Notes: generated by a model not told the origin, from the letters alone. A DNA stretch of 63,971 bases, filler included, from Conidiobolus incongruus B7586 (GCA_000697335.1; 5 parts of 5 records of this genome joined end to end with filler, not necessarily neighbours in it), one strand, 5' to 3'; positions 27,331-42,450 are shown, numbered from the whole stretch's first letter. Program-made: numbers and translations.

Positions 27331-28266
27331 AATTATTTTAATCACTTTATATATTTATATTACTCTTATATCCTAAGAGTCTGAATAACATACTTAATTT
27401 TGGTCAAAATTTAGAAATATTAGAAATTACTTTAAATAATATTTTTGTATAATTTATTTAAAAATTAGAATATCATAATCTTATAAAATTTGAGTTTTGT
27501 AAAAAAAAAATTAAGTGTTGCATATAAATAATGACTGTAATAAGTTTTCATAATATATCCTCCAATCAAAAATATATGCCTTTTAAGAATTTAAAATAAA
27601 ATATATTTGAATATTATTAACAAGTAGATATAATATATTTTATCAGATGATCACCAATATAACAATTCCTTGGAATATAAATTGATAGTTAATTATTCTA
27701 ATGATTAAAGCTTATATTTTGAAAGTATCATTTTTTTAAAACTTAAAAAATTAATATAAAATCTATTAAATAACTTTAAAATCTTTATAAACATTTTTAA
27801 CTATAAATTATTATATTAAATAAAATAGAATTATTTATTTCATTATTTATTAGATGGAAATAATATTAATATTTTAATAAAAGTTAGGTAAATATTTATT
27901 AATTTAAAATTTATATTAAAAGTTAATTTTTGAATGGATAAAAATATAAAATGATAATTAACTAAATCAAAATCAATATCTACAATCCAAAGCTTGGAAT
28001 TATATTTACTTGAACTATCTTACACCTATATATTATACAATATAAATTTTTCCTTTTCAGGATTGTGTTTGAAATATATAGTTAAATCAAAAATACTAAA
28101 TTTGAATTCACTTATCTTGGGACAAAATTATTCATGGCTTTGTTATACTAGAAAATAGTAATAAATTGAATGATTTATCAAGTAATTTTTTATTTAAAGA
28201 TAATTCAAATATTAATATTAATGCATAGATATAACATATGGTAATAAATTTTAAATAGAATCCTAT

Positions 28267-31200
28267 TTAGTCATGATTTTGGGCCATTTGAGCGGATCGT
28301 TTGGCCTTTAGCTTTTGTTTAATTTTAGATCTGGAACTCAAGCCTGATGCAACACTTGGGACTGGACTTCTTACTTGAGGAGAATTTTGAAGTGAAGCCA
28401 TGAGAGTTGCCATCTGCTCCTGGAGCATGTGTAATTGCTTTTCGAGATTAGCTGAGTTGCTGTATTCCATGGGACTGGCGACAGTTTCATGGGATGAGCT
28501 GGCTGATGCTTCTTTTGAGAGAGGCGATGGGGTTGCTGGGATAGAGTCTTCCTTGGGGCGTGCAGGCTTTACTTGCACTGATCTGCGAGAGCGAATTGCC
28601 TTACTGCTGACGCGCTTGACGGGAAATATGGGTTGAGCCATCTTTTTAAGCTCCTCTTCAGATGTGTGTACAGCAGGTTGAGGAAGCGTTGGAGTGTTTT
28701 CGGTATCCCAATTGTATTGCTTTTCTTCCTGTGGAGGTTTATCATCGTCAGCAGACATCGCATGGATTGATTGCATGAAACCCGCTGATGTCATTGATCC
28801 TGTAGAAGAAGTGACTGTTGCAATGGTTTCTGAGCGTTTCAGCGTCGTCTCGTAATTGGATTGAGTGATTGGTTGGATTGACAAATCAGCATTTGGAGGC
28901 TGGAATGTATCTGAGGTCAAAGGAGCGCGGGCAATTTGTGACGACGATGAATCAGCTGGCTTTTCTTCAATTACAGGAACTGAAGCCAAGTTGTTAGGGC
29001 TTGGGCCGAATGTAGATGTGGAGGAACGATTTGTACGAGAGTCGCGACGAATTGCTTTTGATCTTGAGACACTCGTCTTGCGGAGAGGTTCGTTAGTAAT
29101 GAATGGATTATTCGAGCGGTGTTCTGGAGAAGTGGATAATGGAACGCCGTTTGTCTGTTTAGAAAGAGTGCTGGGAGCTGATGAAATCTGCACCATTTGC
29201 TGGTGGTGAGAAGTGTTGACTGAAGAAGCGGACTTTTTCTTATCATGAGCTCCATCAAATTCGGGATTATCAGTTGTTACTTCAGTTGTAACAGGCTCTG
29301 GAACTACATAGTACACTTTACCGTTGATTACAATCTTTTCCATTTGATTTGTTTCAGTTGGTTTGGTGCTTGGTGCAGCCTCAGGTATGGGCTCAGATAC
29401 TGAAATTGGAGCTTTATGAATTTCAGACAAGTTGTCCACTTTTTCAGAGATTGAATAATCCTTAAGCCATTGGAAGGACTTGTCACCTTCGAGCATGTCC
29501 ATTAAAGAGGTAGTATCTGTAAGAGGCTGAGTATCGGGAAGAGGTTCAGATTTTACTCGTTCAGTAGATTGTGCTACAACGGAAGTTGTTGGATTAAAGG
29601 TTGGTGGAGGTTTTCTGCCTTGAATAGGTGTGACTGAGCGGAAAAGTGCTGGTTCTTGCTTGACTGAGGCTGGCTCGGAAGGAACTGCAGATACAGTTGA
29701 CTGTTTGGGTTGCCTTGATGTTTCGCGTAAAGATTCATATGAGTCCATCGAATCTGGAGTTGCAGGTCGCACTGGCTCAGCGAAGGTAGTTTTAAGCACT
29801 CTTGGATTTGCAATCACATCAGGAGGCATTTCGAGAGGTGGAGTTGGAGGAGCTGAGTTAGGGATCAGGAAGGGAATGGGATCAATAAACGACGAAGGAT
29901 GGGATATATACAGGGGTAAATCAACTTCAAAATTTTGGTTCAAATTTGAGGAAACCATAACCTTAATAAAATAAGAGATTTGGATAATTGAAGTATTTCT
30001 GAGAGAGAGACACCCAATTGGAATATTCATTGCAACCATTACAAGGCGATCCTGCTTAGGCTCAAACTTATAATCTTCATCGTCAAAGATAGCTTCAGTA
30101 ATTAGCTTTGGAGTAGCATCAGCACCAAGTTTATTGGGACCAACAAGTAGATCTGACTGAGCGGAGACTTTCTTCCACAATGAGAGTCTAATCCCCTGCA
30201 CTTTCTTTGTGGACTGATTCTTGATTAAAACACGGATATATGCAAGGCCTCCCGCAAACACTAAGCCACGAACTAATTCAGCCCACATCTCCACGTAATT
30301 AGATCCACCGAGAAAGAGTTTCTTTTTCACTTCATTTTGTACTCCCATTTCTCTGTACTTGGAGATTTCTTCAGGATTCCATACCTCATATATAGTGACT
30401 GGTTTGGAGAATGTGACATTATGTTTGTAAATCCCAATTTTTGCAGAAACTAAACCTTCAACCTTGTATTCAATCTTTCCCACACCTGTGGTGACTGAGT
30501 TGGGTAAAGTATCAGCAAGTTTGAGGGCGAAAGGGAAACTGGTCTTGCCCTTGAGAGCAACCCAGTAACCTTCTAAATCGGGCTGTATATTTTGGTTGAC
30601 AGCCTCACAGAAGTGCTGGCTATCCTGAATAATAAGGTTGGTCTTATAGAAAACTCTACTATTTCTCGATACTTTAACTTTTTCGTTGGAATTAGGTGCT
30701 TGTTCAATCCTTAATTCTAATAAAATAACATTTGAGTCTATTGAATAATTAATGAAATTTATTACTTACCTTCATAACCCGTGACTTCCAATTGAATATC
30801 CCCGAGCTTGATAACTTCGTTGGATATACAAGTAAGTTCAATTCGACCCGTAAGTAAAGAACCTGCGGTATACAAAGGCTGATCGAAATAGATATTTATT
30901 TTAACTTTGGACTTTTTTAATGTTGGTAGCCCTAGAGAATGCGATTTTTTATGCGTTTTAGAATTGACTGTGGTTGTTGAAGGCGGAGGCTGTGTACTAT
31001 ATACAGTGGAAGGTCTAGTAGCCTGGTTAGGAGTGATTTTTGACTCATGTGGCAAAGTAGTAGGAGTATGCTGCGGCGGATTATTCTGAACAGAAGGAGC
31101 AGGTTGCGGTACTGGAGCTGAAGTGGAAGGGTTTTGAAAAGTAGGAGGAGTATAACTGAAACCCGAGTGAGACCTGGTATATGGATTACCGTTTGTAGAA

Positions 31201-31334
31201 GGCGGCGGCTGAGACTGAAAAGACAGATTATTATCAAAATAGGGCGATCTAGATCTAGGAGGAGGGTCAATACTACTATTGAAAGAAGTATCGTTCCAAT
31301 TATGTTTGGAAGAGCCCTTAGACTTTGAGAGCAT
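28267..31334 (-). CDS. Arrestin-domain (alpha-arrestin-like) protein with long S/T/P-rich tail, 2 exons, ~1004 aa
   Basis: Exon 31334..30770, GTAAGT...TTAG intron 30769..30717, exon 30716..28267. Arrestin-N features (INIYFDQPLYTAGSLLTGRIEL, GKTSFPFALKLADTLPNS, GKIEYKV) and arrestin-C (IKNQSTKKVQGIRLSL, IIQISYFIKV). Confidence 0.82.
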
Positions 31335-34276
31335 TTTAAAACAGCTTGTAATTCGATCCAACTTTACAAAATACACTTTTATTTAATATATCACTAAAAT
31401 ATATCAATTATATGAATTAATCCTAACAAACAAATGATCTAAGGATTAAATATTCAATAGATAATTAATTAAATATATTTTATTTTTTTATATTTTTAAC
31501 ACATTTAAAAAGAGAAAAGAAAAAATGGTGACTTTTGACTCATTGAATAGTATTTATACACGAATGAATTAAAATTTAATTATCTCTGTAATAATGTAAG
31601 TTTTATTTCAATTTTATTCCAATAGGTTAAATTTAGAACTTTTGAGTCAATTGGGGCAGAATTAATTTAATTATCCAAAAAATCATAAAATTTTCCACTA
31701 AACAGTAACAAAAAATTCAAAGCTCCTGAACAAATATCAAGAAATGACAATTCTAGAAAAATGAAGGTTTAATATTGAAATTCTCTCATAAAATATATTA
31801 AGAAAAAATTCTTCCGTTTTAATAAAAACTTGGCGTTATTTGAATATTTTCCTTGATTTTCTAAAACTTGTTAAACTTTTTTAATCCTTTGAATCAAGGG
31901 TTGATTATGTTGAAACTTAACCAAAAAGATTCTCTCTGCTCTTGATATGAATTATATTCAAAAATTTATTTGTGATATAATAAAATAAAAAATCCAATAT
32001 CAATATAAATAATACTAATGATGATATTTGATCACTATCAAACTATTCATTAACCCTATTTGATCTAATAATATTGAATTAAAGCAATATTGAACTAAAT
32101 AATAATTTCCAATCAATCAAAATATCTCAATTTAAATCTATTAATAGAACTAAAAATTTTTAATTAATTAGTTGGATTAAATACCTAATGATAATTGTGA
32201 ATTATAAATCAAACTATTGAGAAATTTTTATTAATAGAGAAAATGTATTCCAAATTTTTTTAACTCTTTTTTTTTTATTTTTAACAACCATCCATTGAAT
32301 AATATATATTATATTTTTTATATATATTTCGGATCTTTGAATAAATTTCATTTGAAAATATTTATTCAATGCTTGATATGACATCATTATACCTCAGTTT
32401 GATTGACAATTTGAAGTTCTATTTATAAACTTAATTAATTTAGTAATTTGCAAGGATCTTTACTGATTTTAAAATTCGCTATTGTTATAACTTGATGTAA
32501 TTGTTCTAATATAAGATGCTATAAAATATCATATATCTTGCAGGTTGTTAATATTTAATAAATTATAATAAATATTCTTTTCAAAATGCTACATTAATTA
32601 AATATAATACGCAAATTGAATCGAAACATATCAAATCTGATAACTCTGTTAATATCAATTAAACCAAAAAATTTTAAATGAATACCATATGATTATTTTT
32701 ATTTCTTAGGATTATGAACTTTGTGAAAAAGAGAATTAAATGTATTTATTAATATTAGGTTAACTTGTTTATCACAATAAATATAATTTTTGAAATATTT
32801 TATTAATATTAAAAATAAAATATTAACTCTTTGAATATAATACTAGCCTGAACTTCAAACTCTTTATCACATGACTTAGCTTGAATTATACTCGAATTTT
32901 GATAATGGCATTGACTGAAGATAATAGCATTTTCGAAAATGATAAAATTAGGCCTGTATTAAATACATAGTGCGACAAGTCATTGCATTACAGATATTAA
33001 CCACAGAACCTAAAGTTGTGTTAAAAAATAAATGAACTTGAAATTAAATATATATATGTACCTTATAAACTTCATGCAAAATCAAATTGCTTGATAATTA
33101 CTGTTATAATATTTCAATCATTTATAATACCGGCACCCTTGAATCATAAAATTCATAATAACAGTAATAATTGTTGAATAATTACCTGTATTTTATAATT
33201 CTCATATCAATAAAAGATATATAAAAATCTATTTTTAACTTTTGAGAAATTGATTATAACAAGTATTTAATTCGATATATTAATAAACAAAAAATAGTTA
33301 ATAGCTTTAAACAAGTTAATACCTAAAACTGTCGCTAAACCAATGCAACGTGATGACTCGGATCTAAATATTATTAGAATCTAAAAATATCATATTCATT
33401 CCAAAAATCAAAATTTCAATATATTTTTAATAATATTTTTATATTTAAAATTTTATATTTTTACTTTTTTTGATAAATTGATTTTATTAAAAGTTGAACT
33501 ATTAATATTATTAATATTATTGATATTCCAAATTATTTATTTATAATATCGAATCAATTGAATTCACTTTTTAATTTTTGAAAAAAAAATATATAATTTT
33601 TAATATATAATTGTCAGGCAATATTTAACTAATAGTATAGTTAATTTTATGTTGGATTAGATTTTTCTAAATTATTATATATACTATACACTTAGAGTCT
33701 TTGATCTATTTGAATTTATTATATTTTTGGATATACTTATAATTTCCTAAGGATTGGAGTTATGACTAGGAATAATTATTTTACTTAAGCACTGATTTAA
33801 AATATAGATATTAAAATCAGATATTACTACTATAAAAATTAAATAATGACTCAATTTCAAAATTAAAATTAAATATAATTATTAATATAGGAATTATAAA
33901 AATTAATACACAATATAAAATTAATATTCTCTTTTATTATTAATAACTCTTTCCTATACTTTTTATAAACTTCTAACACTTAAATAATAGTTTTTTTTAT
34001 TAAAAACTGAAATTTAAAGTTTTATATATTAATTTAATTTATTTATAAAGGTTTTCTTTTTCATAAGTTGATTTTTTAAATATTTAAAATGGTTATCATT
34101 ACATTAATTATAACCTAGTAAGTTTATTAGATTTTTTTTAATTTTTTTATATAGAAAATCTTTTATAGCTTTAACTATATATATTTTATCATTATTATAT
34201 AAAATAAGAATTATTATTAATTTTTAATAAAAACATTAAGTAAAATCTATATTATTAAAAAATATAAACTTCTTAT

Positions 34277-34376
34277 NNNNNNNNNNNNNNNNNNNNNNNN
34301 NNNNNNNNNNNNNNNNNNNNTTAATTAATTAANNNNNNNNNNNNNNNNNNNNNNNNNNNNNNNNNNNNNNNNNNNN
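34277..34376. other. Artificial assembly spacer
   Basis: N44-TTAATTAATTAA-N44. Confidence 0.98.
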
Positions 34377-35538
34377 AATAATAAAATTTCTTATTAATTA
34401 TAATTATATATTTTTTATTATATTGGTTCTTATTATTTATTTTGAAAATTATTATAATATTTTATAATATTAAATTAAAATATTATAATATTGTTTAAAT
34501 CAAATTAATTAACTCAGCAAATGAACTATAATCAAAAGGATTTATATCTAATAAATATAATGATAATGATTATTTTTATAGGTTGAATAATTTGATTTAA
34601 AAATGAAATTTAGTAATATTTTAATTTAATATTTTTAAAATTCAAAATGCAGTTTTGAAGATAAATTATAAAAACCTATTTAAAAGGGCTAAGTAATTAA
34701 CATTGATATGGAATTCTATTATTGAAAAACAAGCAAGTTATTAAATATCAAAAAAAATTTATTTTTGATTTTATTTATTAAATATAAAATTAATGAACTT
34801 AATTTTTAAATCACTAAAATATTGACATTACACAAAAATTATAATAGTCCCATAAAATACTTAATAAAATTATTATATAAAAATTATGTTAATCATTAAT
34901 TTTCTTAAAAATATCAATAAATTCATAATAATTAATAATTAATTTTAAGTTATTAATATAAAAATTTGGAAAATTTAATATTCTGCCCAAATCCAAATAA
35001 AAATAAATCAAGGTTAATTTGTTGATTTCGGTATTAATAACGAAGCATTAATATATTTTATAAACTAAGCTTTTAGACGATGATTATTAATCTTTTTCAT
35101 TTATAAGTTTTTTACAGCAAATTCTTTATGTATATATCAATAAATATTTAAGAAATCAAAAATTTCATTTTTGAATTTGGTTTTTAGATGATTGTTTTCA
35201 AAAAAAATACTAAAAATAGTTTGAAATGAAATTTTACATAAAATTTTAGTCATGATTGATAGAGTATTTGAGAATCAATGAAAATTTTAAGGAAATATGA
35301 CCAAAGTATTATTTATTGATAGAATAGTTTGTTTTTCATTAAATAGAATGACCGAATTGAAAACAAAATTAAGTAACAACTCTGAATATGAAAAAAATTC
35401 AATATAAAAATTTCTATTGTTATTTAATTAAAGTTTATCATAGAATAATGAATTCAATAAAATTAAAAAGTTAGAATTACCTGAAACTTGCGCAATAATG
35501 ATGCACAGAGTTAAATTCTAAATAAAAAATGAGGCTAT

Positions 35539-36006
35539 TTATTTAGTGGATTGACGAACGGACAAAGCGTGCTCTTCACCCATAGCAGAAACAACGGTAA
35601 CAAGAACATCACCTTCGGCGTTTTCGAAAGCTTCTTCAATTTGTTGACCAATTTCTCCTTCAGGAAGACGGACATCATCCTTCATATTACCATCACTGTC
35701 CATCAAATTCAAGAAACCATCATCAATGTTGATTAAGGTGTATTCGTTACGACCAACATTAGGGACATCCATGTTGTGAGTAGAGGGAGAAACATCTTCG
35801 TACTTCTTACCAGTGAAGATATCAATAGCAACCAAGTTAACCTTAGCGTGTCCGTGCTTACCAGTCTTGGAGGTGGACATATCGACAATCTTACAGGGAC
35901 GACCTTTGATAACAACGTGTCCGTTCTTACGTAAAGCGGAACATTGCATGGGGTAAGTAAGGGAAGCTCCGGAGGAGGCTTGTTCGAAAGTATGATCGTC
36001 TTCCAT
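35539..36006 (-). CDS. eIF5A: Translation factor eIF5A, copy 1 (155 aa)
   Basis: Hypusine motif [15 protein letters not shown] at 36006 by comparison with copy 2. Confidence 0.97.
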   Translation of the reverse strand: MEDDHTFEQASSGASLTYPMQCSALRKNGHVVIKGRPCKIVDMSTSKTGKHGHAKVNLVAIDIFTGKKYEDVSPSTHNMDVPNVGRNEYTLINIDDGFLNLMDSDGNMKDDVRLPEGEIGQQIEEAFENAEGDVLVTVVSAMGEEHALSVRQSTK

Positions 36007-37484
36007 TGTAATATAATCTATTGATTTGTGTGAAGGCTGCTGAGAGAGGTTCATTTCCCATAATTCTTCCAAAATTACATAAATAACTAATTTAAAATAT
36101 TAAATTATGGGTTTCTCCTCAACATTTTTCATTCAAATTTCTTTATTCTGTTTCAATTCAATTAAGAACAATAATAATAGCACAATAAACAATATATCAA
36201 TGATTATATAACATACAATTAAATAAACCATATATATATTTATAATCAAAGCACGAATTACATTATTGAGAATACAAAAAAATATTATAATAAAATATAT
36301 ATTCAAATTTATATATTTAATTAATCAATATTTATGATGTAATTCTTAAGGAATTCTATAAAAAAGATACACACTTCATATATCTAGATTTTTATAATAT
36401 AATGTATAATCATTAAGTATATAAATTTAATATAAAATCATCTAATTCTAATCAATAAATAATATTAAATTTTAATATTTTTCACAATATATTGGATTAT
36501 TGAAAGTTTAAAACTATATTAAAATTAATTTTTGGATCTATAAAGATTGATTGTAAACATGAAATTTTAAAAAATAGTTGCAAAATAAAAACCTACTAAA
36601 ATTATTTTAATAAAACATACAGATTTATCAAGTGTAAATAAAACATGTAATCGAATAAATTAGGATATTAATATGAAATGAAAGATATAATTTTTTTAAA
36701 AATTCAATTTTGTAGAGTAATGAAATTTATATACTCCATGAAGATTTCAAATTGAAAATTTTAGTTTGCATTTATCAATTGTAACAAAGAACAATTATAT
36801 AAAAACAGCTTGGAGATCTAATCTAATGATAATCTATATTAAGATAATAACTTGAGACAATAAAAAGATTGAGAAAACAATCTGATATATTTTGGTTAAA
36901 GTAAATGCTATCAATAAAATAATACGACGAAGTGAAATATAGAGGATATTTTAAGTTGAATGTTATAATGAATTGAAAATTGATATAAATGTTAAAAAGA
37001 GTATTTTAATGAATTATAGCTGTAGTTCTCGAATGAAAGTAAACTAAGTGAAAGTGATAAAATGAATAAAATGATTAAAGAATCAAAACTAATAAAAGCA
37101 ATGATAAAGAGTAAATTGATATCAGGATCTATATCGGGAAAAAGTATATTAAATATTCAAATCGGTGTGAAGAAGGAAACGAAAAAAACAAAGTTGTATA
37201 AAATCGAAACGATGTTATAAAGTGTTATTAGTACATATGGTTAATAATAAAAAGAAAGTACAATGGAAACAATACCATGTGAAAGAAATTTAAAAAGTAA
37301 ATATTAAATGTTAATTCAAATCTGACAAGGTTCATTATTGATAAATAATTCTAATAACACTAAAATATCGAATGTCGATAAGTATAGGAGAGGTATAAAT
37401 AATCAAATGAATAAAATATTTACCTTATTCCCGAGGCAATTGTGAATTATTTAACAACTGAAAAGAAAAAACAAAATGTACAGT

Positions 37485-37952
37485 TTATTTAGTGGATTGA
37501 CGAACGGACAAGGCGTGTTCTTCACCCATAGCAGAAACAACGGTAACAAGAACATCACCTTCGGCGTTTTCGAAAGCTTCTTCAATTTGTTGACCAATTT
37601 CTCCTTCAGGAAGACGGACATCATCCTTCATATTACCATCACTGTCCATCAAATTCAAGAAACCATCATCAATGTTGATTAAGGTGTATTCGTTACGACC
37701 AACATTAGGGACATCCATGTTGTGGGTAGAGGGAGAAACATCTTCGTACTTCTTACCAGTGAAGATATCAATAGCAACCAAGTTAACCTTAGCGTGTCCG
37801 TGCTTACCAGTCTTGGAGGTGGACATATCGACAATCTTACAGGGACGACCTTTGATAACAACGTGTCCGTTCTTACGTAAAGCGGAACATTGCATGGGGT
37901 AAGTAAGGGAAGCTCCGGAGGAGGCTTGTTCGAAAGTATGATCGTCTTCCAT
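37485..37952 (-). CDS. eIF5A: Translation factor eIF5A, copy 2 (155 aa, identical protein)
   Basis: Hypusine motif [12 protein letters not shown]. Only synonymous differences from copy 1. Confidence 0.97.
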   Translation of the reverse strand: MEDDHTFEQASSGASLTYPMQCSALRKNGHVVIKGRPCKIVDMSTSKTGKHGHAKVNLVAIDIFTGKKYEDVSPSTHNMDVPNVGRNEYTLINIDDGFLNLMDSDGNMKDDVRLPEGEIGQQIEEAFENAEGDVLVTVVSAMGEEHALSVRQSTK

Positions 37953-39824
37953 TATGTATAATTAATTCTAAAATATAGATTAGTGTCTTTCAAGATTATT
38001 CATTCAACAAATTTAATCAATACATTCATTCAATAAAATATGGGAATGTCATTAGACTGAAAAAATTTACCAATTTTGACTAATTCATCGAATTGATTGG
38101 TTAAAAAAATTTCCAAAGTTTTGATTGATTAGTATTGGACAGTTGCAAAAATCTTCAAGTTTTATTCATATTCCATACTTATTTAATTTATCTAATTGGG
38201 TAAACATGAGAACAAATTTAAGATAAACCTTTTAGATTCTTTTCAAAATTAAAAGTTCAAATATTACATTTGTCAATCTAGCCTTGATATATTCTGTATC
38301 AATCTATTGAAATCAGCTATTACTAAAAGCTAATATGATATAGATAATGATTCAATTGAATTAGTAAAATCATTTAATAATTTTTACCAGTGTTTTTCGA
38401 TTTGTTGACATCACAAGTTTCTAAATACCATAAAACAAACAAATTTTAAAATTTGAAATTTGAATTTTCAAGAATAAAGTTTATATTGGCTTTAAATTAT
38501 TGATTAGATATTTTTTTACTTTGTTCAGTGATTAATTTACAGTGATATATTATAAAGACCAATTTAATTCAATAAATGTTGGAATTTATTGGTACTACAA
38601 GATATTAGATCTTGATGATGTTATTAGATAATCTGAATTTTTTCCTTTGGTATCTCGCTATATTTCAATTTGTCAAATAAAATACTGATTGCTTTCTTTG
38701 CAAATAATTATTTTATAATATATATATATATATTTTAAATAAATAATATGTAATTATTCAATAATATTTTTATCAATAAAATTTGCTAATTAATATTCTT
38801 AATATAAGTTTAAAAAGATTAAAATTTAAATTAATTATATTCAGAAATTTGAAGATTTTATAAAATAGAATATATATTAATAATGAATGAATAAAAATTT
38901 TACCATCATAAAGTATAATACCTGGTTATTTTCATAATTTGATTTTTTTAATTTTTATCGTTGATATTCATCACCTTTAAATATTTTTGAGTGACTTTGA
39001 TTAAACAACATAGCATAAAAAGAAAAAAGAAAAAATGAATTGTGAACTAATACATAATGTTGAAGATTCATAATATTTGCATAATATTAAATATTAGTAA
39101 TTTTATAACAGGTTATTATCAAATATTAAATATAAACATATTGATCAGCATGGATTCCATGTAATTTTTTTAATTACATTGCTTTTGGAGCTGATATTTG
39201 AATATATAAACAAAACAAATATTATTGAATCTTTATGATATAGTGATTTCCAATTCTATTTAACTTAATGATCTAACAATATTTAATTCATTTATATGTG
39301 AAATTTAAAATCATTTAATAATTTGTTAGTTTATAACTGATCATATATATATTTGTTAGTAATTGATTAAACCTTGTCATTTCAAAAAAATTCAAATAAT
39401 ATTGATTGTAATTTTTTTTATATTATTAGAAACTAAATCTAAAAAATATTTAATCACCAAAACTATAAGGAATCTTATCAAATTTCATTTCATGTTTTAT
39501 ATTTTTTGATTTCAATATATGATATTTTACTTATTCTATTGTTTGATAAATTGTGATTTAGAAAAAAAATCAGATATACATTATGTTCGAATTATTTAAA
39601 ATAATTCAATTATCATCAATATTGATTATAAATTAATACATTACAAAATTATTCTAGTATAATGATTTTTAATTTTTTAAAAAAATTAATCACAAGTTAC
39701 TAGGTGATACTCGTTACATTAATTAAAAATTAATTGGAACAACCCATAAATATTAGAATGATCAAAACTAACATATTAACTCTCTTAATATAAAAAATTC
39801 TAGTTAAAATAAATATCCAAAATC

Positions 39825-39863
<39 letters not shown>
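39825..39863. repeat. (AAT)n microsatellite, about 13 units
   Basis: Perfect AAT run about 60 nt upstream of the helicase ATG. Confidence 0.9.
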
Positions 39864-39868
<5 letters not shown>

Positions 39869-39922
39869 GATAACAAACTAAATAAATTAAAATTAATTTA
39901 ATTTAATATTTAAAATAATCAA

Positions 39923-42450
39923 ATGACAAAAACTAAACCCAAGAATATAAACTTTCACGATGATAGTAGCGGTTCGGATCCCGAAATAGAAATCTCTGAA
40001 GAACCTCCCCAAAAGCAGCAACAGACTCAAGCTAAATATTTACAGCAGCAGAAGCAAAATTTACAACAATTTAGGAAAAATCTCCCTATTTACAGTGGAA
40101 GAGAGGAAATTGTGAATTATATTCGTAAGAATGAAGTGACTATTATCGTGGGAGAGACGGGGAGTGGTAAAACTACCCAAATTCCTCAGTATTTGTATGA
40201 GGAGAAGTTTACCAGTGGCAATAAGATGATTGGTGTAACTCAGCCTCGTAAAGTTGCTGCAGTGTCGTTGGCTGGGAGAGTCGCTCAGGAAGTTGGAACT
40301 ACAGTTGGTGATGTTGTAGGATATTCCGTCCGTTTTGATAATTGTTGTAGCGATAAAACGAGGATTAAATACGTTACGGATGGTATGTTACTCAGAGAGA
40401 GTTTGATGGATTCCAATTTCGATCAATATAGTGTAATTATCCTGGACGAAGCTCATGAGCGTACATTAAGAACTGATGTATTGTTGGGTTTGTGTAAAGA
40501 AGCTTTGGCAAAGCGTAGAAAGACTAAAAACCCCTTAAAGTTAGTAGTCATGAGTGCTACTTTGCAAGCTGATAAATTTTCAGATTTCTTTAACAAGTAA
40601 TTCATATAACATTTTTAATTTATGATCGATGATTAATCTATGATGTTTTTAGTGCTCCTATATTATGGGTTGAAGGTAGAACATATCCAGTAAAAATGAT
40701 GTATACAGTGACACCATACCCCGATTATTTGGATGCATGTATCTTGACCACATTCCAAATTCATTTAACACAGCCCATGGGAGATATCCTAGTGTTTTTA
40801 ACGGGTCAAGAAGAGATCGAATCTTTAGAAAAAGCTATCAAAGAATATGCTGAAAAACTTCCTCCATCAACTACTAAAGTAATTTTATTACTTTTAATAA
40901 TATTTTATTATATATTAATCCTTTTTATAGTTGGTAGTTGCTACACTATTCGCCAATTTACCATCTAGTCAACAGCAAAAAACTTTGACTCCTTTGCCCA
41001 AAGGTCAACGTAAAGTGATTTTAAGTACGAATATTGCTGAAACTTCCTTAACAATTCCCAATGTTAAATACATTATTGATCCTGGATTGGCTAAGGTCAG
41101 AGGATTTGATTCCAACCTAGGTAGTTTTGAATTTTGCTATTTGTTATTGTTAATTTACTAATATTTTATAAAGGTATTGAATCTTTGCTCGTGCAGCCTA
41201 TTTCTCAAAGCGGTGCTCAGCAGAGAGCGGGTAGAGCTGGAAGAGAAGTAATATATTTATATCATATACTATTATTTAAGTTTATTAATAAAATATTAGG
41301 CACCTGGTACCTGTTACAGATTGTACACTGAAGAAACGTTTCAATCTATGGCAACTGAAGATATTCCAGAAATCCAAAGGTAAAAAAAACATCAATTTAA
41401 AATCGCTTTGACTAACCTATAATATAATTCAATAGATGTAACTTAGCCTTTGCAGTATTGACTCTCAAGGCATTTGGAATCAAAGATATCCTAAAATTCC
41501 CCTTTATGACGCCACCTCAGCGTAAAAGCCTCATTTTAGCACTCGAGCATCTCTATTCTCTCAATGCACTTGATAACTCTGGCGAATTGACGCAACTCGG
41601 TCGCGATATGTCATCATTCCCACTAGAACCTCGATTCGCCAAAATTTTAATCGAATCCAAAGTAATATGAACACTAATTGTATTTTATTATTGAATACTG
41701 ACAATGTTTTAGAAATATGGATGTACTGATCCAGTTCTGACTATTTTATCATTACTTTCCGTGGATAATTTATTTTATTCGTCGAGTGAGAATAGGGAAC
41801 AAGCTCAAGAAGCTAAAAAGAAATTTATTAATACAACTGGTAAATTATATATTATTTTTTTATTTGAATTATAGCATTGAATTATATTATTAGGCGATCA
41901 TCTCACCTATCTCAACATTTATAAAGCTTACAAATCGCACAACGGATCTTCGGCATGGTGCAAGAAGAACTATATTAATAAGCGATCTATGAATTATGTG
42001 GACGAGATTAAAACTCAGTTAGTGAATCATTGTGAACGTCTCGGTATTGATCCCAAAACTACTACAGATGACAGCCAAACCATTTTGCAGTGTATGCTAA
42101 CTGGTAACTTTATGAATACTGCTCTCTTGCAACCTGATGGCACATATAGATCGGTGATGGGAAAACAGGTGATTTTATTTTTTTTAATTGATTGTTATCA
42201 TTGTATTAATTTATTCCATTCAAATTTATAGAAAGTCAACATTCATCCCATGTCAACTATCTTTACCAAAAAACCAGAAGCTGTAATGTACAATGAACTG
42301 GTAATTCATCACTTTCTATCGTTTAATTCATTTTATTAACATTGAATATAGATCTTCACAACAAAACATTATATGAGAGGAATCTCGATCATCCTACCTC
42401 AGTGGATTGTTCAATCAGCACCTCATTATTTGGGGAAAAAATCCAATTAA
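39923..42450 (+). CDS. DEAH-box ATP-dependent RNA helicase, DHX33/Dhr2-like, 10 exons, 679 aa
   Basis: Exons 39923-40596, 40653-40878, 40931-41120, 41174-41247, 41300-41379, 41436-41661, 41713-41839, 41894-42168, 42232-42300, 42352-42450 (2040 nt). Motifs [33 protein letters not shown], then HA2 and OB-like C-terminus. Short N-terminus fits DHX33/Dhr2. Confidence 0.9.

Noticed and set aside
36007..36072. N-terminal extension of eIF5A copy 1 in the ORF track
   Set aside because: Starts at TTG and is absent in copy 2. An in-frame upstream ATG exists but may lie outside the transcript; cannot be supported without 5'-end data.
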